Source of the DNA: Bacteroidota bacterium | GTDB lineage: Bacteria > Bacteroidota > Ignavibacteria > Kapaibacteriales > UBA961 | Assembly (NCBI GenBank): GCA_020852855.1 | Contig: JADZAA010000049.1 | Coordinates: forward strand, 67,449-131,448 | Length of the DNA stretch: 64,000 nt | Direction: 5' to 3' | Part shown: positions 52,899 through 63,518 of the stretch, piece after piece | How positions within the stretch are numbered: the stretch's first letter is position 1 | How the letters are laid out: the number at the start of each line of letters is the position of its first letter | Position numbers and translations under genes: made by a program | The notes under the pieces: generated by a model | Databases searched by the model: none | Seen by the model: only the letters and a program-made list of their open reading frames with translations | Told to the model about the DNA's origin: nothing

Positions 52899-53213
52899 GA
52901 TAATCTCCTAAAAAAAGAAAAAACGGTTGTATATTGAGATTCTTCGGTGAGAGCGAGGCGTTTTTTCTCTTAGGAGGCGAACGATTGACAATGCGATAAA
53001 AATTGAGAATTTCTATTGCAGGTTGCAGGTTGCATAACGATATTTTGCAATAGATTAGCAATTGTTCTGTTTGTATAAAGCCAAGTTACATATATTTTCC
53101 ATAATTACAAAATATATTTATTGTATGAAAAAAAACAGTCGTATTTCTACGACTATTTATGAAATTTTGCTGTTTTCGAGCAGATTTTTTCGCTTCTGTT
53201 CGAAGTTCGATAT

Positions 53214-54353
53214 ATGAAACAGGAGATTATTTTCCCTTTTGTTTCGGCTTTGATGGTTATTTTTGTTTTTTATGCTTTACGATTTGAGGTTTTCTTAAAA
53301 AATATAATGGCAACAATAAACGATTTGATAAATGCCGGATATCAACATTGGAACGAGCCGGCGCGTTTGGTTGAAATAGCCGAAGAGCTTGAATCGCGCT
53401 CTCGACTTTCGCAATCCCGATTATTTTTAGATCGCGCACTTGCTCTCGATGCAAATGTATCGCCTTATGCCTATTATACGTTGGCTTTCACATATTTTCG
53501 TGATGCGGGCAATCGTGCCGAAGATGGCGAAAATGCTTTGATGGACGGAATAGAAGCAACCGATTCCGATATAGTCAAGGCTTGGTATGCAGCAATGCTC
53601 GAAGATGAATCGCTTGCAGAAACATTGCTGAACGATGTCAGAATTAACGATGATATTTCTGTGCGGTTCGCGCTTGGCGGCGCATTGCATTGGCGCGGGC
53701 GAGTAGAGGATGCCCTCGATGTATTTCGCGGCGCCACAGCGCAAGTTGAGCCCGGCAAAACTCCCGACGGATTGAAAACCTATTGCAGTTCGCTTATTTG
53801 GATGTATGCACAAGGCTTTGATATCGACCTCGATACGGAAGTAAAACCTCGCATTATGGATTTGCTCCGCGAATATCCCGAGCGTTATTCGGTCATTTCG
53901 TTAACTGTTCAGTATTATCAGGTGTTGCAAGATTGGGAGCAAACTGCGACGATGGCACGTCGACTTCTTGAAATTATTCCCGACGAAGAAACCACTATGC
54001 TTGCACTTGCCATAGCCTTGCGAAATCTTAATGAAGAAGACCGTGCAATTATGTGGCTTAATCGTGCAATAGGCTCAAAGCCTTCATTTGCAAGAGCAAG
54101 AGTTGTATTGGCGGGAATTTATGAAAAACAAGGGAAATTTGACCTTGCCGAAGAAATGGCAAGAGAAATTCCTATTATGAATCCGGGTTATATTATGGGG
54201 AAGGCATTTGCCGCCGATATACTAAGGCGTATAGGCAAAACGGACGAAGCCGTTGCAATGTTTCAAGAAGGATACGCGGCAATGAAACCTTACGAAAAAG
54301 GCGAAATTGCTCAACGTCTTGCAGATATGACCAAACTTGCAGGCTTAGCGTAA
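53214..54353 (+). CDS. TPR-repeat protein
   Basis: Several TPR-like helical repeats are present (LALDANVSPYAYYTLAFTYF..., AIALRNLNEEDRAIMWLNRAIG...). There is a possible N-terminal TM segment, and M32 at 53307 is an alternative start. Confidence 0.6.
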   Translation: MKQEIIFPFVSALMVIFVFYALRFEVFLKNIMATINDLINAGYQHWNEPARLVEIAEELESRSRLSQSRLFLDRALALDANVSPYAYYTLAFTYFRDAGNRAEDGENALMDGIEATDSDIVKAWYAAMLEDESLAETLLNDVRINDDISVRFALGGALHWRGRVEDALDVFRGATAQVEPGKTPDGLKTYCSSLIWMYAQGFDIDLDTEVKPRIMDLLREYPERYSVISLTVQYYQVLQDWEQTATMARRLLEIIPDEETTMLALAIALRNLNEEDRAIMWLNRAIGSKPSFARARVVLAGIYEKQGKFDLAEEMAREIPIMNPGYIMGKAFAADILRRIGKTDEAVAMFQEGYAAMKPYEKGEIAQRLADMTKLAGLA

Positions 54354-54450
54354 TAAACTCCGTAAATCTCCTGAAAAATTATAGCGGATAATTCGAAACG
54401 ACTGACTGAAAAAATAATAAAATAAACAATAAAAACAAACCGTTGAAATT

Positions 54451-57000
54451 ATGAAACCTGTTGCTACATATATCGTTACCGCTTCGTTGCCTGATGTTCT
54501 CGCGCCGCTTAAAGAGTTGGCCTATAATTATTGGTGGTGTTGGAATCCGGAAGCCGTTGCTCTCTTTGTCGAAATGGATAGTGAACTTTGGGAGAGGGTT
54601 CGCCATAATCCGGTTCAATTGCTTAATAATATAGAGCCGGTGCGATTAGAGGCACTTGCAGGGCGACGCGACTTTTTAGACAGATTGCAAGCGGTGATGG
54701 AGAACTTCCGTGCATATCTTAAGGCTGATACCTGGTTTTCGCGTCAGAATCATCACACTACGGGTAAAACAATAGCCTATTTCAGTTTGGAATACGGGAT
54801 TAACGAAAGTTTTCCGAATTATTCCGGCGGGCTTGGTATATTGGCAGGCGATCATTTGAAATCTGCAAGCGATGCCGGCATACCAATAACTGCGGTAGGT
54901 TTGCTGTATCAAATGGGGTATTTTCAGCAATATTTAACGCAAAGCGGCTGGCAAAAAGAGAGCTATCCTGCCAATGATTTTTATTCTTTACCGATTTCAC
55001 CGGTACTCGATGACGAAGAAAAACGCTTACTTGTAAGCGTGGAATTGCCCGGCGGCACATTGTACGCCGCAATTTGGGAAATGCTTATAGGGCATGCGCG
55101 GTTGCTTTTGCTTGATACGAATATACCGCAAAACGAGGCTATTCCCGAATATTGCGATATTGCCGACCAGCTTTACGGCGGCACGGTAGAAACCCGTATT
55201 CAGCAGGAAATATTGCTCGGAATCGGCGGCATACGCGCTTTGCGGGCTATGAGTATAAACCCTACATTGATTCACATCAACGAAGGTCATGCCGCATTTG
55301 CTTCTTTGGAGCGCACACGAATGATTATGAAAGATTATTCGTTGGATTTTGCAACCGCCTACGAACTGACCCATGCCGGAATGATATTTACTACACATAC
55401 TCCCGTTCCGGCCGGAAACGAGGTTTTTTCGGTTGAATTGATAGAGAAATATTTCGCAGATTATTGGAGGGCGTTAGGGCTCTCTCGCGACGAATTTATC
55501 TCGCTGGGCAATATAAATATACCGTCAAACTCTTTTTCTATGACGGTGCTTGCGCTCAAAATGTCGTCTATGCGCAACGGAGTAAGCCAACTTCACGGTA
55601 AAGTGGCACGCTCGATGTGGCGCGATTTATGGAAGGATTTTCCGGCCGACGAAGTGCCTATAGAAGCAATTACCAATGGCGTTCACGCACAAACGTGGGT
55701 GGCCGGCGGCTTGGCTGAACTATATGATAAATATCTGACTCCGCGCTGGCGCACCGAAACAGACGACAATGAACTTTGGAGCAAAGCGTTGCTGATACCG
55801 AACGATGAATTATGGAGTATTCACTGCAAATGGCGCGAACGTATGATTCTATTTGCACGTGCATACATGCAACGTCATCAACAAGACCGCTTGACTGCGC
55901 AGGATATAGCGGCAATTAACGAATATCTTGACCCCAATGCATTTACCATCGGTTTTGCACGCAGATTTGCCACGTATAAACGGGCAGGATTACTGTTCGG
56001 CGATATGCAACGCCTGAAAGAATTATTGCTTAATCCGGAACGTCCGGCACAAATAATACTTGCCGGCAAAGCGCATCCGCATGACAATGCGGGCAAAGAA
56101 ATTATTCAGTCCATTATTCACAATGTGCGCGAATACGGATTAGACCGCCGCGTAATTTTCCTTGAAGATTACAGTATGGCAGTTTCTCGTGCTTTGGTAA
56201 GAGGTTGCGATATTTGGCTGAACACGCCGCGCCGTCCGCAGGAAGCCAGTGGTACAAGCGGAATGAAAGCCGGGCTTAACGGTTGCTTGCACGTCAGCAT
56301 ACTCGACGGCTGGTGGGACGAAGCCTATAACGGAGAGAATGGCTTTGCAATAGGTTACGGCGAAGATTTCCGCTCTGCCACGGACCAGGATATAGTGGAG
56401 GGATCCGCGCTTTACGAATTGCTTGAACAGACCATTATACCGATGTTTTATCGCCGGAAAGACGACGGGTTGCCGCATCAATGGATAGACCGAATGAAAG
56501 CTTCCATTGCTTCCGTTTCCGGTCAATTTTCTTCGATGCGAATGGTCAAAGATTATGCACGGAGGTTTTATATTCCGGCAATGCGACGCTATGAGGCTCT
56601 TGCGGACGATTCTGCCGCCGATGCAGCCGAGTTGCGCGATTGGCGCGAGAGAATTAAATCCGGCTGGCGCGGTGTAAGCGTAGAAAGCGTAGGTATCGAC
56701 GGAATTGAGCACGCACGTGTGGGCAAAACCATAAATGTATCGGCTCGTGTTCGCACCGGCGCACTTGCGCCGGGTGATTTACTTGTGCAGGCGTTCCACG
56801 GTGCGCTCGATGCGTCTGAAAATATTATCTCCGGCGTAGCGGTCGAGATGAAGTTCGCTTATGACGAAAACGGTTCTGCAGTCTATCGCGGCAGCTATGT
56901 ATGCACTCGCGGCGGGCGGCAGGGTTGCACAGTTCGCATTTTGCCTTTTAATGAGCTGTTGGTTTCGCCTGCCGATATAGGTTTATGCGTTTGGGCATAA
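54451..57000 (+). CDS. glgP: Alpha-glucan phosphorylase (GT35, 'alpha-glucan family phosphorylase')
   Basis: LAYNYWWCWNPEA..., FSLEYGINESFPNYSGGLGILAGDHLKSASDAGIPITAVGLLYQMGYFQQ, and the pyridoxal-phosphate region TNGVHAQTW. Confidence 0.85.
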   Translation: MKPVATYIVTASLPDVLAPLKELAYNYWWCWNPEAVALFVEMDSELWERVRHNPVQLLNNIEPVRLEALAGRRDFLDRLQAVMENFRAYLKADTWFSRQNHHTTGKTIAYFSLEYGINESFPNYSGGLGILAGDHLKSASDAGIPITAVGLLYQMGYFQQYLTQSGWQKESYPANDFYSLPISPVLDDEEKRLLVSVELPGGTLYAAIWEMLIGHARLLLLDTNIPQNEAIPEYCDIADQLYGGTVETRIQQEILLGIGGIRALRAMSINPTLIHINEGHAAFASLERTRMIMKDYSLDFATAYELTHAGMIFTTHTPVPAGNEVFSVELIEKYFADYWRALGLSRDEFISLGNINIPSNSFSMTVLALKMSSMRNGVSQLHGKVARSMWRDLWKDFPADEVPIEAITNGVHAQTWVAGGLAELYDKYLTPRWRTETDDNELWSKALLIPNDELWSIHCKWRERMILFARAYMQRHQQDRLTAQDIAAINEYLDPNAFTIGFARRFATYKRAGLLFGDMQRLKELLLNPERPAQIILAGKAHPHDNAGKEIIQSIIHNVREYGLDRRVIFLEDYSMAVSRALVRGCDIWLNTPRRPQEASGTSGMKAGLNGCLHVSILDGWWDEAYNGENGFAIGYGEDFRSATDQDIVEGSALYELLEQTIIPMFYRRKDDGLPHQWIDRMKASIASVSGQFSSMRMVKDYARRFYIPAMRRYEALADDSAADAAELRDWRERIKSGWRGVSVESVGIDGIEHARVGKTINVSARVRTGALAPGDLLVQAFHGALDASENIISGVAVEMKFAYDENGSAVYRGSYVCTRGGRQGCTVRILPFNELLVSPADIGLCVWA

Positions 57001-57015
57001 TTTCAGCCGAATTTT

Positions 57016-59550
57016 ATGACGAAAACGGAAATTTTACCGCGTGATTCGATTTCGGTGTGCATTATTGCTCGCAACGAAGAACAAATGTTGCCCGATTGTT
57101 TGGCATCGGTGGCCGGTATTGCCGCCGAAATAATTGTGGTTGACGGCGGTTCTACGGATAAAACTCGGCAAATTGCTCTGGATTCTGGCGCACAAGTAAT
57201 AGATTTTACTTGGTGCAACGATTTTTCGGCTTCGAGAAATGCAGCACTCGAAGCCGCAAATTTTCCGTGGATATTAAGCATTGATGCGGACGAGAGATTA
57301 GAAAATCCTGACTTTCTTTTGTCGGCTGTTCGCACCGCATCCGAGCAAATAGGAGGTTTCCTGCTTGAAGTTGTTTCACCTTCACGCAGAACCGACGGCG
57401 GTGCCGATGTTTTTACGATTCAACTGCTGCGATTATTCCGGCGCGACCCGCGAATACGTTTCGAAGGTATTATACATGAGCAAACTCTCGAATCAATTCT
57501 CGGAAGCGGTTGGAAAATACAGGCTTCCGGTGCAAAATTGTTGCATCTCGGCTATGATTTGCCAGCCGCCGAAATGCGCAAAAAACAACTGCGCAACCTG
57601 AAGTTGCTCGATAAAACGATAGAGAACAGGCCGAAAGACGCTTATATGCTGTTCCAACGCGCCAAAACTTATCTTGCGCTTGGCGACGCTGATAATGCCG
57701 AGTGTGATATTGCCGCGGCCATCAAAAATGCCGGACTACAATCAATCACACTGCCTCAAGCGTTGAATTACGGCGGGGTTATTGCATTTCAGCGAGGAGA
57801 TGCGGCACTTGCTGCGGAGCGTGCCTTGAAGTCTCTGGAACTCGTTCCGAAACAATCGTTTGCAAATTATGTGCTCGGTGAGTCATACACCGTGATGAAG
57901 AGGTTCGACGCGGCTCTTTCTGCCTATGAAGCAATGAAAGAAGCCGAAAGAGCACGAGAGCCTGTAGCGCAAATCGCCGGTGAATACAGCCTGCCGCCGG
58001 AACAATATTATTTCAGAGTCGGCCGAAGCCTTGTAGGCCTGGGGCAATGGAAAAAAGCGGAAATCGAGTTCGAAAAAGGATTGGAAATTCAGCCGAACGA
58101 TATCGGCTGCCGCGTCGGGCTTGCAAATGTACGCGCACGATTAGGCGATTATTCTGCCGCAAAGCAAATTCTTCGCGAAACAATAAAAACCGCACCCGAA
58201 CGCACCGATATTCCGCAAATTCTTTTACAAACGGAAAAAGCCGAAAAAAAACATTTATTTACGGAAAACGCAATGGCTGACAACGCAAAAAATAAAAATG
58301 AAAAAATAACGGTCGAAAAAAATCATTGTTTATCGAACATACATTCGCCGAAAAATAACGAAATATTACCCGAAAACAAGAAACGTATATTGCAAAATCC
58401 TAATATGAGTATTGATTTTTCTCGGCTGTCGGGTATCGGCAATGCAACCGAAACGGCAGCGAAAAACTCTCGAAAAAATACCGATAAAACAGAGAAGAAA
58501 AATATAGAGCTAAAATCTGAAGTAAATCCGGCCGCGCCTTTGCTTTCATTGTGTATGATAGTAAAAAACGAGGGAAAGTTCCTGCGCGAATGCTTGGAGA
58601 GCGTGGCCGGAATAGCAGACGAAATAATTGTGGTCGACACGGGGTCGAGCGACGGTACAAAAGAAATTGCGCGTTCCGCAGGTGCAAAAGTCGTTGATTT
58701 TGCTTGGATAAATGATTTCGCGGCCGCGAGAAACGAATCGTTGCGTCACGCACACGGCCGGTGGATTTTATATTTAGATGCAGATGAAAGACTGCATGAA
58801 GATGCGAAACTGCATTTACGCAATCTTTTGGTTACTCTTCCCGACGAAATAGGTGCTTTAATATGCACCATAATCAGCCCTCATCGCCAAGCCGACGATT
58901 CTTCGGAAGAGCATCGCGGCGGCTACCCGCGAATTTTCAGGCGTTTGCCGGGCATTGCTTTTCATGGGCGCGTTCACGAACAAATAACGCCCGCATTATT
59001 GGGTTCGGGCAAGCAAATCGCACTTTCCGATGTGGTTATTTTACATTTGGGCTATAATCAGTCGCGAGAAATTTTAGAGCAAAAAACAAAAAGAAATTAC
59101 GAATTATTATTGCGGCATGTACGCGAAGAGCCTGAAAATGCTTATGCTTGGTTTCAACTCGGGCAAACGCTTTCGCGAATGGGATTAACGAAACAAGCCG
59201 AAGATGCATTGCGGTTCGCCATAGAACTCGGTTCTTTAACGCCGACTATATCGGCCGTTGCAACTGCGGCTTTGGCACAAATCGCCGGTAATTCGCGTAG
59301 ATTTGCCGAGGCATTGCAATGGGCAGAGCAATCTCTGCAATTTGCGCCGGAACAGTTGTATGCACGTCATCTACGGGCATATTCGTTGCATCATTTAGGT
59401 AGAAATAAAGAAGCGGAGAGGGAATTTCTTGAATTATTGGAACGACGTAAAAACTATAATTCCAAAATACATTCCGGATTCGATGTTTTTATTCCGGAAG
59501 ATGCTGTTTTACAAGGGCTTGCAGATTCGCGTAAAAATATCGGGAAATAA
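57016..59550 (+). CDS. Tandem family-2 glycosyltransferase with TPR repeats (GT2-TPR-GT2-TPR)
   Basis: Two GT2 N-terminal signatures are present: SVCIIARNEEQMLPDCLASVAGIAAEIIVVDGGSTD and LSLCMIVKNEGKFLRECLESVAGIADEIIVVDTGSSDGT. Each is followed by DADE/DADER and TPR-like helices. Confidence 0.75.
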   Translation: MTKTEILPRDSISVCIIARNEEQMLPDCLASVAGIAAEIIVVDGGSTDKTRQIALDSGAQVIDFTWCNDFSASRNAALEAANFPWILSIDADERLENPDFLLSAVRTASEQIGGFLLEVVSPSRRTDGGADVFTIQLLRLFRRDPRIRFEGIIHEQTLESILGSGWKIQASGAKLLHLGYDLPAAEMRKKQLRNLKLLDKTIENRPKDAYMLFQRAKTYLALGDADNAECDIAAAIKNAGLQSITLPQALNYGGVIAFQRGDAALAAERALKSLELVPKQSFANYVLGESYTVMKRFDAALSAYEAMKEAERAREPVAQIAGEYSLPPEQYYFRVGRSLVGLGQWKKAEIEFEKGLEIQPNDIGCRVGLANVRARLGDYSAAKQILRETIKTAPERTDIPQILLQTEKAEKKHLFTENAMADNAKNKNEKITVEKNHCLSNIHSPKNNEILPENKKRILQNPNMSIDFSRLSGIGNATETAAKNSRKNTDKTEKKNIELKSEVNPAAPLLSLCMIVKNEGKFLRECLESVAGIADEIIVVDTGSSDGTKEIARSAGAKVVDFAWINDFAAARNESLRHAHGRWILYLDADERLHEDAKLHLRNLLVTLPDEIGALICTIISPHRQADDSSEEHRGGYPRIFRRLPGIAFHGRVHEQITPALLGSGKQIALSDVVILHLGYNQSREILEQKTKRNYELLLRHVREEPENAYAWFQLGQTLSRMGLTKQAEDALRFAIELGSLTPTISAVATAALAQIAGNSRRFAEALQWAEQSLQFAPEQLYARHLRAYSLHHLGRNKEAEREFLELLERRKNYNSKIHSGFDVFIPEDAVLQGLADSRKNIGK

Positions 59551-59630
59551 CTGTTCAATGTTTGTGAAGCCCATCTGATTTTTAGCGGTATTTTTTGAAC
59601 GGATGTTTTTGATTGGAAAATAAAAATGCG

Positions 59631-60164
59631 TTATAGTATTGTTCTTACCGAAACGTAATATTGTTGTTTTTGGGAATCGTAGGACACGGCTAACGTTATT
59701 TGAATTTCGATTTTCCTGCAGGAGGCGAATATCTTGTATTGCGTACCTGACGAGCTGTGTTGGACGGTGCCGTTTTTTCCGATTTCTTTGCGATATTGTT
59801 CGGCTAGCTTATAGATAAGATTTTTTGCATCGCCCATAGTTTCGGTTGGAATTATATTTTCCATGCCAGAAATTTTACCGGTTGCAGAAAATTCCAGATA
59901 TGCTGCGGGTAATTTAGCGGTTGCCGCCGGTTCGTTTACTGCAAATGTACCCTTGTATGTTTGGTCGAGCGTTACGCGCAAGCCTGCCTTTTGAAGTCGG
60001 TTGAATACTTTGGTTTTATTTTCAGCAAACGGAATAATCAATGTTCGGGACGAAGTTTGCAGTAAAATTCCCGAACAAAAAGACCTGCCGGCTTCGGTCG
60101 GTAAAAATAAAGCCGAAAAAAATAAAAAGAATACGGATAATCGAAAAAAAACAGTACGTTGCAT
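59631..60164 (-). CDS. Hypothetical secreted protein (177 aa)
   Basis: The signal peptide is MQRTVFFRLSVFFLFFSALFLPTEA. No recognisable motif was found. Confidence 0.4.
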   Translation of the reverse strand: MQRTVFFRLSVFFLFFSALFLPTEAGRSFCSGILLQTSSRTLIIPFAENKTKVFNRLQKAGLRVTLDQTYKGTFAVNEPAATAKLPAAYLEFSATGKISGMENIIPTETMGDAKNLIYKLAEQYRKEIGKNGTVQHSSSGTQYKIFASCRKIEIQITLAVSYDSQKQQYYVSVRTIL

Positions 60165-61555
60165 TAAGCGTTTTTTAGTTCGTTCACAAGCTCTTGCATC
60201 ATTTTTTTTGCATCGCCGAAAAGCATTCTTGTCTTTGGATTAAAGAACAACTCGTTTTCGATTCCGGCATAGCCGGCACGCATACTGCGCTTCATAACAA
60301 TAACGTTGGCGGCATCTTCCACGTCAAGAATTGGCATTCCGTAGATAGGTGAGGCCGGGTCGTTCTTTGCGGCCGGATTCACCACGTCGTTCGCGCCAAC
60401 AACCAGAACTACATCGGTAGTTTTAAACTCAGGATTTATATCGTCCATTTCAAGCAGTTTATCGTAATCCACATTGCTTTCGGCCAATAATACGTTCATG
60501 TGCCCGGGCATCCTTCCTGCCACGGGGTGAATAGCGTATTTCACTTGCGCACCTTCGGCTTCGAGCGACAATTCGAGCTCGTGGCAAACGTGTTGCGCTT
60601 GTGCTACGGCAAGTCCGTATCCCGGAACTATTACAACGTTTTTCGAATATTTCATCAGCGCGGCGGTGTCGGCTGCACTTATTTCTTTGATTGTTCCGGT
60701 AACGGCACGTCCGCTTGACGCGGCGGCCTTACCGCCGAAATTTCCTATAAGCACATTGGCAAGCGAGCGATTCATTGCGCGGCACATAACCACGGTTAAA
60801 AGAGTTCCAGCGCTGCCCACGAGTATTCCGCCGAAAAGCATTACCTTGTTATCGTAAAGAAAACCTCCGAAAGCGGTAGCCACGCCCGTAAAAGAATTCA
60901 GCAGTGAAATTACTACGGGCATATCCGCGCCGCCTATAGGAAACACGAAAAGCAATCCGTAGGCAGCCGCAAGTCCGAGAATAATATAGATAGTAAGAGG
61001 ATTTACAACTATTCCGGCCGAGAATGCGTAAATCAGCCCGAAAATGACCAATAAAACGAGTATATTTACAACCTGCTGTGCGGGCAGGCGGAAATCCTTG
61101 ATTTTTTCCTCTAATTTACCGTAGGCTATCATCGAGCCCGAAAAACTGACCGCGCCTATTATCATTCCGAGCAGAAGAATAACAAGATGAGCAACTGAAC
61201 CTGTTCCCGGATGATGAATATAATGGTCGAATTCTACTATGGAAATCAATGCCGCGCAAGCTCCGCCCATACCGTTGAAGAAAGAAACCATTTGCGGCAT
61301 TTGCGTCATTTGCACTTTTTTTGCCATTACATAGCCCACAGCCGAGCCGAGTATCAGCGCACCGAAAATCCAGACATAATTTGTCGGCATTACCGATTCG
61401 TTCAGGAAAATCGTACCGAAAATGGCGGCTGTCATTCCGGCGGCGGCAAGTAAATTGCCTCGCTTTGCCGAAACGGGTTTGCCAAGCATTTTTATTCCGA
61501 CGATAAAGGCAAACGCCGATACAATGTAGATAAGGTCGAGTATAAAAGTTTTCAC
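60164..61555 (-). CDS. pntB: NAD(P) transhydrogenase subunit beta
   Basis: 463 aa. An N-terminal multi-TM region is followed by the C-terminal NADP(H)-binding domain (VVIVPGYGLAVAQAQH...HPVAGRMPGHMNVLLAE). Confidence 0.9.
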   Translation of the reverse strand: MKTFILDLIYIVSAFAFIVGIKMLGKPVSAKRGNLLAAAGMTAAIFGTIFLNESVMPTNYVWIFGALILGSAVGYVMAKKVQMTQMPQMVSFFNGMGGACAALISIVEFDHYIHHPGTGSVAHLVILLLGMIIGAVSFSGSMIAYGKLEEKIKDFRLPAQQVVNILVLLVIFGLIYAFSAGIVVNPLTIYIILGLAAAYGLLFVFPIGGADMPVVISLLNSFTGVATAFGGFLYDNKVMLFGGILVGSAGTLLTVVMCRAMNRSLANVLIGNFGGKAAASSGRAVTGTIKEISAADTAALMKYSKNVVIVPGYGLAVAQAQHVCHELELSLEAEGAQVKYAIHPVAGRMPGHMNVLLAESNVDYDKLLEMDDINPEFKTTDVVLVVGANDVVNPAAKNDPASPIYGMPILDVEDAANVIVMKRSMRAGYAGIENELFFNPKTRMLFGDAKKMMQELVNELKNA

Positions 61556-61561
61556 GGGAAA

Positions 61562-61864
61562 TTATTTTTTCTTTTTGAACATATCTAACATTCTGTCGGT
61601 AACAACAAATCCGCCCACTACGTTGAGCGTGCCAAGCACTACGGCTAAAAAGCCGAAAATCGTGGCAAAAGTATTGTCGGCCTGCCCCATTATGATAATC
61701 GAGCCTATAATAATAACGCCGTGAATGGCGTTCGCACCGCTCATCAGCGGTGTGTGCAGAACCGAAGGGACTTTTTCGATAAGTTCTACGCCGAGAAAAA
61801 TCATTAAGATGACAAGGTATATCATCAGTTGATTTTCGGATATAAATTGAAAAAGAGATTCCAT
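61562..61864 (-). CDS. pntA: NAD(P) transhydrogenase subunit alpha part 2 (membrane domain)
   Basis: 100 aa with 3-4 TM segments. It lies between pntA part 1 and pntB. Confidence 0.8.
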   Translation of the reverse strand: MESLFQFISENQLMIYLVILMIFLGVELIEKVPSVLHTPLMSGANAIHGVIIIGSIIIMGQADNTFATIFGFLAVVLGTLNVVGGFVVTDRMLDMFKKKK

Positions 61865-61876
61865 GCTGTCGAATTA

Positions 61877-62980
61877 TTATTTGAGTAAATTTCCGTCGCG
61901 GCAAATCAATGTTCCGGCGGTTATTTCATCGTTCATATCCCATTTGAAGCCGTCCTTTGTTGCCAAATGAGTTAGGAAAGCGTATATGTTTTTTGCATAG
62001 CTTTCGCTTGCGTTTGAAGCAAGTTGCGACGGCAAATTAGTCTGCCCGACTATTTTTACGCCATTGCGTACAATCGTCCTGCCGGCCTCGCTGAAACAGC
62101 AATTTCCTCCTTGTTCGACGGCCATATCCACGATTACGCTGCCGGGCTTCATGATGGCAACCATTTCTTCGTTGATTAGTTGCGGTGCTTTTTTGCCGGG
62201 AACGAGAGCCGTAGTAATAACAACATCGGCTGCGGCGAGATGTTTTTTCAGGATTTCGCGTTGTCTTGCAAGCACGTCGTCGCCCGCTTCTTTAACGTAA
62301 CCGCCTTCGATTTTCACGCTGCCGCCCGTATCAAACGAAATAAATTTGCCGCCGAGCGATTCCACTTCTTCTTTGGTTTCGGGGCGAATATCGGTTACTT
62401 CCACAACGGCACCCAAACGTTTTGCCGTGCCGATTGCCTGCAAGCCGGCCACGCCCGCGCCGAAAATCAGCACTTTGGCCGGAGTAATAGTTCCGGCTGC
62501 CGTCATAAGCATCGGAAAAATTTTACCGGACTCGTTCGCGCCTATGATAACCGCTTTGTAACCGGCAAGGTTTGCTTGCGAGCTGAGAGCGTCCATCGTT
62601 TGAGCGCGTGAAATACGCGGCATGGCATCCATGCTGAAAAGCGCGATTTTACGGGCATTTACAGATTCGACAAGTGGCCGGTTGGTCAAATGATATGCGA
62701 ATGAAATAAGTGCCGAACCGCTGCGAAAAAGCGGAACTTCGTCAAGCGACGGAGGATTTACTTTGCATATAACGTCAGATTTGGCATATACTTCCGAGAC
62801 GGAGCCGGCAATGCTTGCACCCGCTTCAAGATAAGCCGCATCGGAGAAAAAAGCCGCTGCGCCGGCACCGGATTCAATTACGCATTGAAAGCCGGATTTA
62901 ATGAATTGTTTGCAAACGGCAGGAGAGAGGGCAACGCGATTTTCGCTTTCGCGTGTTTCTTTTACGGAGCCGATAATCAT
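61877..62980 (-). CDS. pntA: NAD(P) transhydrogenase subunit alpha part 1 (AlaDH/PNT domain)
   Basis: MIIGSVKETRESENRVALSPAVCKQFIKSGF... and the NAD-binding motif VLIFGAGVAGLQAIGTAKRLGA. Confidence 0.9.
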   Translation of the reverse strand: MIIGSVKETRESENRVALSPAVCKQFIKSGFQCVIESGAGAAAFFSDAAYLEAGASIAGSVSEVYAKSDVICKVNPPSLDEVPLFRSGSALISFAYHLTNRPLVESVNARKIALFSMDAMPRISRAQTMDALSSQANLAGYKAVIIGANESGKIFPMLMTAAGTITPAKVLIFGAGVAGLQAIGTAKRLGAVVEVTDIRPETKEEVESLGGKFISFDTGGSVKIEGGYVKEAGDDVLARQREILKKHLAAADVVITTALVPGKKAPQLINEEMVAIMKPGSVIVDMAVEQGGNCCFSEAGRTIVRNGVKIVGQTNLPSQLASNASESYAKNIYAFLTHLATKDGFKWDMNDEITAGTLICRDGNLLK

Positions 62981-63238
62981 GGAAAAAATAGGTCGGATTG
63001 CGAAATGACTTGGTTAATCTTACGCAAAATACGCAACTTCACCGTTTTGTTAAACGACATTTTACCTAAATCTCAAAATTAGTGCCCGGCGAAGCAATTC
63101 CACGACAACTTATTCTCGTCGGCTTTATTCGAAAAGCAACTACGTTTTATTGAATTCGGAACGTGCCGCCGTACTTTATACGATACACTGAAATTTATTA
63201 TGTTTGCAAGAAAAGCATCGTCATATTTCCGCTTTATT

Positions 63239-63505
63239 ATGCACGAAACGACCGATATTTTTCTGTGCCGCGGGTTCTCGGGGCAAATATTCCGACTAAG
63301 CGTCAATCCGCATCAAACAGTAGAGCAACTTACAGCCGTTCTTGCGCCTGCCGTAGGGCTGTATGCCGTGGAATACGAGCGTCTCGGATTGTATAATCTT
63401 ACGCGCGATATTGAGTATAAAACCGACGAAATAATAGCAGAACGCGGTCTGTCAAACGGCGACCTGCTTATTTTGGCCGACGGCGGATCCTGCCATAAAA
63501 AATAA
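63239..63505 (+). CDS. Small beta-grasp (ubiquitin-like) protein resembling YukD/EsaB
   Basis: MHETTDIFLCRGFSGQIFRLSVNPHQTVEQLTAVLA...IAERGLSNGDLLILADGG. This parallels the B. subtilis YukD pattern (...NGSVFDLRLSDYHPVKKVIDIA...CGITNGDRLEIL), recalled from memory. Confidence 0.4.
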   Translation: MHETTDIFLCRGFSGQIFRLSVNPHQTVEQLTAVLAPAVGLYAVEYERLGLYNLTRDIEYKTDEIIAERGLSNGDLLILADGGSCHKK

Positions 63506-63518
63506 CAAAAGAAAGATT

